Below, one piece after another: positions 27,740 through 34,100 of a DNA stretch of 61,119 nucleotides (position 1 is the first letter of the stretch; each line of letters opens with the position of its first letter). This DNA comes from an uncultured Hyphomicrobiales bacterium. Lineage in GTDB: Bacteria; Bacteroidota; Ignavibacteria; Kapaibacteriales; UBA2268. The position numbers and the translations under genes are program-made. The stretch is from assembly GCA_964577665.1 (NCBI GenBank), contig CAZOBD010000007.1, positions 1 through 61,119 of the forward strand, read 5' to 3'. The notes beneath the pieces are model-generated. The model was not told the origin of the DNA. It did no database searches and saw nothing but the letters and a program-made list of their open reading frames with translations.

Positions 27740-27834
27740 ACGCCCCAAGCGGGGCGTGCCTTTATCTGCATCCGGTTCACAAAAATTGGCGATTTTCGAT
27801 TTAGAACGCAGTAAGACAACGCTTACAAATATTT
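27740..27834. repeat. family B cassette-junction repeat, copy B1 (long form)
   Basis: acgcccc-aagc-ggggcgt hairpin, then gcctttatctgcatccggttcac, then the core aaaattggcgattttcgatttagaacgcagtaagacaacgcttacaaatattt. Confidence 0.85.
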
Positions 27835-27838
27835 CAAA

Positions 27839-28015
27839 TTAAACAGACATTATCTGTTTTTCTTTCCTTTCAATCAGATATTTATATAAATCATTCTCTT
27901 TTATCATTTGATCGTGCAGTTTAATCAAACCTTTGAATGTTTCACCTGCTTCAATCCAGAGCTTTTCCTGAATTTCTAATTTAAGATTAACGCAGTCGAA
28001 TTTTTTAGTCTTCAT
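27839..28015 (-). CDS. small partner ORF of the PIN-like gene (hand-found, 58 aa)
   Basis: MKTKKFDCVNLKLEIQEKLWIEAGETFKGLIKLHDQMIKENDLYKYLIERKEKQIMSV. It overlaps the PIN-like 3' end by 11 nt. Related to 29316-29459 (shared FDCV motif). Confidence 0.55.
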   Translation of the reverse strand: MKTKKFDCVNLKLEIQEKLWIEAGETFKGLIKLHDQMIKENDLYKYLIERKEKQIMSV

Positions 28016-28469
28016 CTAAAATAACCTCCCTTGGTGATCTTATTTCAATTAATGAATAACCTTTTGTTAAATTGATACCATTGTACAGTCTTATTCTTCT
28101 TAAATTTACTATGTGTTTGAAATTCCAACTCACCAATACATCTGCCTTGTATATCGTTGCACATGCAATATGTAAGGCATCGTCAGAAAACTTCTGATTG
28201 ATTGCGTTGTTATTAATATAGCTTTCTGCTAATAAAATAACATCATCATTTTTGTTGATAATTTCCAAATTAACTACCGGGATTTCTTTGATCTTATTTT
28301 TTATTTTATTAGGGGCTTTTGATAATTCACCAATTAAGATATCAGATACAACCGCAATTCTATTTCCTACGACAAAATCCTCAAACAACTTGTTATACCA
28401 CTTTGAAAATTCTTCATCAAAGCACCCGCCTATTACAGATGTGTCAATATATATTCTTTGCTTTTGCAT
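28005..28469 (-). CDS. PIN-like domain protein (putative toxin), subtype b
   Basis: 154 aa with MQKQRIYIDTSVIGGCFDEEF...VLVSWNFKHIVNLRR. Paralog of 29452-29913. Confidence 0.75.
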   Translation of the reverse strand: MQKQRIYIDTSVIGGCFDEEFSKWYNKLFEDFVVGNRIAVVSDILIGELSKAPNKIKNKIKEIPVVNLEIINKNDDVILLAESYINNNAINQKFSDDALHIACATIYKADVLVSWNFKHIVNLRRIRLYNGINLTKGYSLIEIRSPREVILDED

Positions 28470-28611
28470 ATTATAAATTAATGAATAATTATTGATTAAA
28501 CAAGATAAATATTCACTATGTCAATATTTGTTTTATTATCTAATACAATTGAGTTACAAAGCGTGGAAAATGCCCGATTTCTTGTGCGTACCGTTCTACC
28601 GTTCTACTGTC

Positions 28612-28668
28612 ACAAAAATTGGCGATTTTTCACTAAAGAACGCAGTAAGACAACGCTTACAAGTATTT
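28612..28668. repeat. family B repeat, copy B2
   Basis: acaaaaattggcgatttttcactaaagaacgcagtaagacaacgcttacaagtattt. Confidence 0.85.
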
Positions 28669-28720
28669 TTTTCTATTTAATTGCTGTTGTTATAACCTCT
28701 CGGTATTTATGATAAAAAAA

Positions 28721-28978
28721 TTAGTTCTTTCTATATGCATCTTTTCTATGAATTACATCATATACTTCAATAATAGATTCTTTATCGTTTATTTCGTAAA
28801 TTATCCGGTAAACTCCAACTCGAATTCTATAAACTTCAGAGTCAGCCAGTTTCAAACTTCCATTTGGTCTGGGGACTTCTGAAAGCTTTTTTAACTTACT
28901 ATATATTTTCAAATAATAATTCTTTGGAATTTTATCCAAATTCTTGCAAGCATTATTAGATAGCTTAACTTTATACAT
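28721..28978 (-). CDS. RelE/ParE family toxin
   Basis: 85 aa with VYRIRVGVYRIIYEINDKESIIEVYDVIHRKDAY. Confidence 0.85.
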   Translation of the reverse strand: MYKVKLSNNACKNLDKIPKNYYLKIYSKLKKLSEVPRPNGSLKLADSEVYRIRVGVYRIIYEINDKESIIEVYDVIHRKDAYRKN

Positions 28979-29165
28979 TTTCTAATTTCATTCTTTGATT
29001 ATGATATTCTTCCAAATCAATGAAATGGTCTGTCTCGGCTTTAGCTTGTTTATAAGCTTCTCTGTCCTCAAGCATCTCAATTAACTCTTGGAAATAATCA
29101 TCTTTTCTGTATTCTTCCCAAGTTTCTCTTGAGATTATTACTTCTTTGTCAGTGAATGTAATCAT
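28971..29165 (-). CDS. putative antitoxin (partner of RelE/ParE)
   Basis: 64 aa. It overlaps the toxin start by 8 nt. The N-terminal 25 aa are identical to 32459-32662. Confidence 0.7.
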   Translation of the reverse strand: MITFTDKEVIISRETWEEYRKDDYFQELIEMLEDREAYKQAKAETDHFIDLEEYHNQRMKLENV

Positions 29166-29233
29166 ATTTCACCTTCGATTGTTAGTAACAGAACTTAATA
29201 TATATAAAACTTTTAAAACTGCAAAAAATTTTT

Positions 29234-29288
29234 AATTTTGGCGATTTTTCACTAAAGAACGCAGTAAGACAACGCTTACAAATATTTT
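29234..29288. repeat. family B repeat, copy B3 (core only)
   Basis: aattttggcgatttttcactaaagaacgcagtaagacaacgcttacaaatatttt. Confidence 0.85.
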
Positions 29289-29315
29289 AAATTAGTTTAT
29301 TTTTCTATTCTTTTC

Positions 29316-29459
29316 CTTAAATGATTTCACATATTCGCTTTCTTCAATTTTCTTTCTTAATAATGCAAATAATTTATTAACATCGCGATCAGCTTCATCA
29401 AAGAATTTTTCTCTGACTTTTCTTTGGTAATCCACGCAATCAAAACTTTTTTCATTCAT
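29316..29459 (-). CDS. small partner ORF of the PIN-like gene (hand-found, 47 aa)
   Basis: MNEKSFDCVDYQRKVREKFFDEADRDVNKLFALLRKKIEEKRICEII. It overlaps the PIN-like 3' end by 8 nt. Confidence 0.5.
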
Positions 29460-29913
29460 TATTAATCACCTCCTTCGGAGATCTGATTTCAACTTCTTTA
29501 TAACCATAAAATAAGTTCACTGAGTTATACTTTTTAATTCTTGTTAAATTAACAATATGTTTGAAATTCCAACTGACAAGAACATCCACTTTATTTATTG
29601 TTGAGTAAGCAATGTGCAAGGCATCTTCAGCACAGCTTGGTGAAATTGCCTTATGCTCTATATATTTTTGCGCTAAAAATTCAGCTTCAGAACTTACAGG
29701 CAGAATTTCAGTAAATGCTTCAAGAATATCAGACAATTTTTCTTTTACAAATAAAGGAGCATCTTCAACTTCTCTCAAAGTAACTTTTGAGACTGCAGCA
29801 ATTTTCTTTCCTGCCTTAAACTCCTCGAAAAGCAGATTAGACCACTCAGCAAACTCTTCATCGAAGCAGCCGCCTATGACGGAAGTATCAATATATACTC
29901 TAAGTTTCTTCAT
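29452..29913 (-). CDS. PIN-like domain protein (putative toxin), subtype b
   Basis: 153 aa with MKKLRVYIDTSVIGGCFDEEF...VLVSWNFKHIVNLTR. Confidence 0.75.
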   Translation of the reverse strand: MKKLRVYIDTSVIGGCFDEEFAEWSNLLFEEFKAGKKIAAVSKVTLREVEDAPLFVKEKLSDILEAFTEILPVSSEAEFLAQKYIEHKAISPSCAEDALHIAYSTINKVDVLVSWNFKHIVNLTRIKKYNSVNLFYGYKEVEIRSPKEVINNE

Positions 29914-30014
29914 ACAACAAATTATAAAAAAAACAAATAATATCCAAATCTTATAATTAGAGCTTTATTTGTTGCTAATCTTGTTTAACCAAACTTTAAG
30001 AAAAACTGAAAACT

Positions 30015-30099
30015 GGGCGTGCCTTTATCTGCATCCGGTTCAGAAAAATTGGCGATTTTTCACTAAAGAACGCAGTAAGACAACGCTTACAAGTATTTT
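30015..30099. repeat. family B repeat, copy B4 (long form, no second hairpin arm)
   Basis: gggcgtgcctttatctgcatccggttcagaaaaattggcgatttttcactaaagaacgcagtaagacaacgcttacaagtatttt. Confidence 0.85.
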
Positions 30100-30115
30100 A
30101 AAAAATCAATTTTCT

Positions 30116-30340
30116 TTAAATAGAAACCTCCATTTCATAAGATTTAACTTTCGGTTTCGGAATCCTCGTCGAACTCATTTTCATTCCTTCAAGGTGGAAT
30201 TCAAGAGCATCTTTAATTAAAGCTCTTACTTCTTCCTCTGTTTCAGCAACAGCCACACAGCCCGGTAAATCCGGGATATATGCACCATAAGAATGATATC
30301 CTTTTTCAATAATAATAGTGTATTTCATTATTGTATTCAT
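30116..30340 (-). CDS. hicB: HicB family antitoxin
   Basis: 74 aa with YGAYIPDLPGCVAVAETEEEVRALIKDALEFHLEG. Confidence 0.85.
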   Translation of the reverse strand: MNTIMKYTIIIEKGYHSYGAYIPDLPGCVAVAETEEEVRALIKDALEFHLEGMKMSSTRIPKPKVKSYEMEVSI

Positions 30341-30343
30341 TTA

Positions 30344-30529
30344 TTATCTTAGTTTAGCTTGTTTCAAAATACTGATAATTGTACCTTTTGGCATTTCGAC
30401 TGATAGTTTGCCAGCAATAGTAACTGTTCCTTTTTTAAGCGGATGATGAAATTGTCTATGACTTCCTCTGATTCTATCCATATACCATCCATCTGTTTCA
30501 ATAATTTCAATAATTTCTTTTACTTTCAT
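30344..30529 (-). CDS. hicA: HicA family toxin
   Basis: 61 aa with GWYMDRIRGSHRQFHHP...GKLSVEMPKGTIISILKQA. The order here is hicA then hicB, unlike the other three Hic modules. Confidence 0.85.
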   Translation of the reverse strand: MKVKEIIEIIETDGWYMDRIRGSHRQFHHPLKKGTVTIAGKLSVEMPKGTIISILKQAKLR

Positions 30530-30605
30530 TCAGCAATTTAATAAACATTATAAAATAAAAAAAATTTAATTTTTTAATAATTTTCTTTCTTACCGTTCAA
30601 CAGCT

Positions 30606-30660
30606 AAAAATTGGCGATTTTCAATGATGAACGCAGTAAGACAACGCTTACGTGTATTTT
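30606..30660. repeat. family B repeat, copy B5 (core only)
   Basis: aaaaattggcgattttcaatgatgaacgcagtaagacaacgcttacgtgtatttt. Confidence 0.85.
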
Positions 30661-30666
30661 ATTCGC

Positions 30667-30846
30667 TTAGTTTACTACATAATTTTTCTTTTCAGTAAAT
30701 TGATTTTTTAAGTACTCATCTATTTTCTTTTGTCTGATTTTTAAATATTCAGCATAGCTGCTAACATCACTATTTAAAAATCTATTTCTTGCATTTTCTT
30801 TCATATCCCAAACTTCTTTGAGGGATTTATCAATCTTCGTTTTCAT
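30667..30846 (-). CDS. small partner ORF of the PIN-like gene (hand-found, 59 aa)
   Basis: MKTKIDKSLKEVWDMKENARNRFLNSDVSSYAEYLKIRQKKIDEYLKNQFTEKKNYVVN. It overlaps the PIN-like 3' end by 17 nt. Homolog of 20355-20540. Confidence 0.6.
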   Translation of the reverse strand: MKTKIDKSLKEVWDMKENARNRFLNSDVSSYAEYLKIRQKKIDEYLKNQFTEKKNYVVN

Positions 30847-31318
30847 AGACTACCTCATAAGGATTAAGTAGTAATAATTGTTTTGAATAACCAATCTCAA
30901 GATTTACTGCATTAATTTTTCTTTGTTTTTTTACATTAGCTAAGTGTTTGAAATTCCAAGATAAGAGAATATCAAATTCGTAATAAGTAGCAAAAGCAAT
31001 ATGAACGGCATCTTCAAATTTTCTTTTGGGAATAATACCTCTATTTATATAGACATCAGCAATTTCAAGAATATTTTCATTAATTATATTATAATTATTT
31101 AACTTATATTGATGAATTGCCTGAAAAAGAATATTTTTCTTTTCTTCAAGCTTTGTATTATCTATTTCATCATAAACAATACTTGAAATATACACATCAA
31201 ATTTATCCAAATAATTTTCAAAAAAATCGACAGTAACTTCCTTCTTTTCCGGTGCATCGTCCGCAAAAAGAAAATTAATAACTGAAGTATCAAGATATAT
31301 TTTAAGTTTTTTATTCAT
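30830..31318 (-). CDS. PIN-like domain protein (putative toxin), subtype a
   Basis: 162 aa with MNKKLKIYLDTSVINFLF...LLSWNFKHLANV. Confidence 0.75.
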   Translation of the reverse strand: MNKKLKIYLDTSVINFLFADDAPEKKEVTVDFFENYLDKFDVYISSIVYDEIDNTKLEEKKNILFQAIHQYKLNNYNIINENILEIADVYINRGIIPKRKFEDAVHIAFATYYEFDILLSWNFKHLANVKKQRKINAVNLEIGYSKQLLLLNPYEVVYENED

Positions 31319-31395
31319 TGAAGTAATATAATAAAAATATTTCTAATATTCTATCAATATTCTAAAAATATGTTTCAAAAGAATAGTGATTGAAA

Positions 31396-31491
31396 ACGCG
31401 CCAAACGGGGCGTGCCTTTATCTGCATCCGGTTCACAAAAATTGGCGATTTTCGATTTAGAACGCAGTAAGACTACGCTTACAAATATTTT
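31396..31491. repeat. family B repeat, copy B6 (long form)
   Basis: acgcgcc-aaac-ggggcgt imperfect hairpin, then gcctttatctgcatccggttcac, then the core aaaattggcgattttcgatttagaacgcagtaagactacgcttacaaatatttt. Confidence 0.85.
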
Positions 31492-31505
31492 ATTTCATTA
31501 AAAAT

Positions 31506-31787
31506 CTATTTATAAATATCACCTCTATAATCAATTTCATAAATCATTATTTCTTCATTTTTTCTATCTGCTTGAAAAACTATTCTTAATTTTCCAATTT
31601 TTATTCTGCTAAAGCCTTTCCATTTGCCTTCTAAATGTTTCACATTCAAATTATGATAATTAGAAAGATTAATTCCACTATAAAACTCATGCAATTCACT
31701 GACTTTAGACCTGATTTTCTTTTTGTCTTTCTCAGGGCATTTTTCAAGAAATTTAATTGCATTTTTATGAAATTTTATTATCATCAA
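31506..31787 (-). CDS. RelE/ParE family toxin
   Basis: 93 aa with KHLEGKWKGFSRIKIGKLRIVFQADRKNEEIMIYEIDYRGDIY. Confidence 0.85.
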   Translation of the reverse strand: MMIIKFHKNAIKFLEKCPEKDKKKIRSKVSELHEFYSGINLSNYHNLNVKHLEGKWKGFSRIKIGKLRIVFQADRKNEEIMIYEIDYRGDIYK

Positions 31788-32004
31788 ATAGCCAATCCGT
31801 CATGTCTTCAAAGTCATCTTTCGAATATTTATCGGGACTGCCATAAAGATTTTCTATTTCTTCAATTTCAGCATCTGCTGCCTTTGGAAATATGGAATTA
31901 TAGAAATCAATTCTTTCTTCATTCATAACTTCAAGGATTACTTCTCTGAATATCTCTTTGAAGAACTCTCTTTGTTCTGTTGTACTCAGCATATCTTTTA
32001 TCAC
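31765..32004 (-). CDS. putative antitoxin (partner of RelE)
   Basis: 79 aa, acidic. It overlaps the toxin start by 23 nt. Confidence 0.65.
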   Translation of the reverse strand: MIKDMLSTTEQREFFKEIFREVILEVMNEERIDFYNSIFPKAADAEIEEIENLYGSPDKYSKDDFEDMTDWLFDDNKIS

Positions 32005-32098
32005 TAAATAATGTCAAACAAAAGCAATTCTAATATTTACTATTTCAAATATAGTTAATAAATTCTAATAAAACAATAAATGAAATAAACGAAACACT

Positions 32099-32177
32099 CC
32101 TTTATCTGCATCCGGTTCAGAAAAATTGGCGATTTTTCACTAAAGAACGCAAGTAAGACAACGCTTACAAATATTTT
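32099..32177. repeat. family B repeat, copy B7
   Basis: cctttatctgcatccggttcagaaaaattggcgatttttcactaaagaacgcaagtaagacaacgcttacaaatatttt, with a 1-nt insertion in the core. Confidence 0.85.
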
Positions 32178-32221
32178 ATTTCTATTTAATTACTGTTGTT
32201 TAAAAATCTCCATTAGTTTTT

Positions 32222-32465
32222 TTAATTCTTGATATATGCGTCTTTCCTGTCAGATATTTTTAAAATATTGACAATCTTATTAACATCATCCATTGTATAT
32301 AAAATTCTGTAATTACTCCATCGGATTCTATATCCTAATTCTGTTTTTAATTTTACACAACCTCTTGGCCTTGGAGTATCACTCAGCAAGTTAATAAGGC
32401 TTGCAATTTTGTCATATTGGTAATCATCAAGTTTCAACAAAAATTTCTTGCTTTAGAATCAATGA
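32222..32465 (-). pseudogene. RelE/ParE family toxin with disrupted 5' end
   Basis: Homologous to 28721-28978 from ...PRPRGCVKLKTELGYRIRWSNYRILYTMDD onward. The only in-frame start is a TTG at 32440, with an in-frame TAA 4 codons upstream. The N-terminal homology (IDSKARNF, compare LSNNACKN) sits in another frame. Confidence 0.5.
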
Positions 32466-32662
32466 GTATTCTGTAGTTTTCTTTCACGTCTTTGCCTGTC
32501 AAATTCCTTAAAGTCAATCATTTCTTTACTGTTTTCAATAGCTTTTTCAAGTTCTACAGAATCCTCCAAAATATCTAAAACCTCCCGGAAGTAATCATCC
32601 TTTCTGTATTCTTCCCAAGTTTCTCTCGAGATTATTACTTCTTTGTCAGTGAATGTAATCAT
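32459..32662 (-). CDS. putative antitoxin (partner of the degraded RelE/ParE)
   Basis: 67 aa. The first 25 aa (MITFTDKEVIISRETWEEYRKDDYF) are identical to 28971-29165, and the sequences then diverge. Confidence 0.7.
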   Translation of the reverse strand: MITFTDKEVIISRETWEEYRKDDYFREVLDILEDSVELEKAIENSKEMIDFKEFDRQRRERKLQNTH

Positions 32663-32730
32663 ATTTCACCTTCGATTGTTAGCAACAAAACTTAATATAC
32701 ATAAAACTTTATAATTTGCAAAAAAATTTT

Positions 32731-32784
32731 AAAATTGGCGATTTTTCACTAAAAAACGCAGTAAGACAAGCCTTGCAAGTTTTT
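32731..32784. repeat. family B repeat, copy B8 (core only, most diverged, last copy)
   Basis: aaaattggcgatttttcactaaaaaacgcagtaagacaagccttgcaagttttt. Confidence 0.8.
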
Positions 32785-32851
32785 TTAGCTTTGATAACAC
32801 AATAAAATGAAAGCGGTAAAAAGCGCAGGCTGCCGCCATTTTGGAATTAGA

Positions 32852-32887
32852 ACAATACTATATTGCATTACAATACTATATTACATT
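32852..32887. repeat. 18-nt tandem direct repeat at the right island boundary
   Basis: acaatactatattgcatt / acaatactatattacatt, with one mismatch. It sits between B8 and the stop of the AI-2E transporter gene. Confidence 0.8.
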
Positions 32888-32897
32888 ATTGACATTT

Positions 32898-33941
32898 TCA
32901 GGGCAGTTTTTTAGGCGGCGATCCCATAATTCGGGCTATTACCTGAAGGGATGGGAAGCGCTCGAAGATTAGTTTTATCATAACAAGCAGAGGAACGGAG
33001 AGCATCATGCCGGGTACTCCCCAGATATACCCCCAAAAAACCAATCCGAAGATAACCGTAAGAGTGTTGAGCTTGAGTCGGTCTCCCATTATCTTGGGCT
33101 CTACCAAATTGCCTATGGTAAACTGTACGCCGGTGAGTACCATTATATACAGCAGGACAATTTTAAATTCATTGAACTGGACAAATGCCATAAGGGCAGG
33201 CAGTGTAGTGGCAAGAAAGGAGCCGATGTTAGGTATATAGTTCATTACGAAAGCAAAGAATCCCCAGAAAAATGGAAACTTTACTCCGAACAGCAGGCTG
33301 ATGAGATACACGGCCGTGCCGGTTACAATATTGATGAGAGTTTTTATGAAAATGTAGGAAACGACTGATTTTTGAATTTTGACGAAATTAGAAACCAAAT
33401 CGGATTCTTCTGCTCCTGCAACGTAATTGAGGTATGTACCGTAGTTTGCCATGCCGGAAAGCAGCAGTACATAATAGATGGCAAACATGATGAAACTGCC
33501 CGTTGCGCTGGAAATGCCGACGAATATTCCTCCGGCGGTACTGGATACCCATTCGGATGTAACCTGCTTTTGCAGTTCGCTGAAAACCCATCCTGAGTCA
33601 AGTTTTAGATTTAGTAATGAGTTTATCCAGGAAAGAAAGTTATTCAGCCGGTACTCCAGACGGGTAAGAAGAAATTCGCCCTCTTCTGCTATGTTGCTGC
33701 CCACCTGAAAGATGATATTGCCTAAGAGTGCGATTACAAAAAGTGAAAATGTAGCAATGATAGGAATTATTATCCATTTCGGTATATGCTTTGAGCTAAG
33801 GAAACCGATAAGCGGCTGGAACATTAGCGCAACAAGCAGTGCAAAAAACAAAGGCAATAGTATGCCGGAGAGTATGTGCAGAAGATGGAATATCAGCACT
33901 AAAAGAAAAATAAGAAGTATGCGCCTGACAAATATGTCCAT
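32898..33941 (-). CDS. AI-2E family transporter (PerM/UPF0118)
   Basis: 347 aa, polytopic. Characteristic C-terminal region (NYIPNIGSFLATTLPALMAF...GNLVEPKIMGDRLKLNTLTVIFGLVFWGYIWGVPGMMLSVPL). Confidence 0.85.
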   Translation of the reverse strand: MDIFVRRILLIFLLVLIFHLLHILSGILLPLFFALLVALMFQPLIGFLSSKHIPKWIIIPIIATFSLFVIALLGNIIFQVGSNIAEEGEFLLTRLEYRLNNFLSWINSLLNLKLDSGWVFSELQKQVTSEWVSSTAGGIFVGISSATGSFIMFAIYYVLLLSGMANYGTYLNYVAGAEESDLVSNFVKIQKSVVSYIFIKTLINIVTGTAVYLISLLFGVKFPFFWGFFAFVMNYIPNIGSFLATTLPALMAFVQFNEFKIVLLYIMVLTGVQFTIGNLVEPKIMGDRLKLNTLTVIFGLVFWGYIWGVPGMMLSVPLLVMIKLIFERFPSLQVIARIMGSPPKKLP

Positions 33942-34100
33942 TTTGATATATATGTATTAAAATTTCTTAAATTTGTTTCTATTAATAAAACTTAACAATT
34001 CAATAAGACAATATATGTTAAAAATTGTTTTGCAGAAAATTTTTTTTCTAAAATGACAAGAAAATTTTCAAATAATCACAAAAGAGAAATGATTTTTTAT

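Noticed and set aside
18886-32784. Could the regularly spaced family A/B repeats be a CRISPR array?
   Set aside because: The spacing is 0.5-1.9 kb and the intervening DNA is clearly protein-coding (TA genes). The repeats are 40-95 nt with variable extensions, and no cas genes are present. This is not CRISPR.
18886-32784. Canonical integron attC sites (RYYYAAC ... GTTRRRY) within families A and B
   Set aside because: I read both strands of all copies and could not find the conserved R''/R' boxes at the repeat ends. I therefore do not call them attC sites, only integron-like in architecture. A covariance-model search is needed for a definitive answer.
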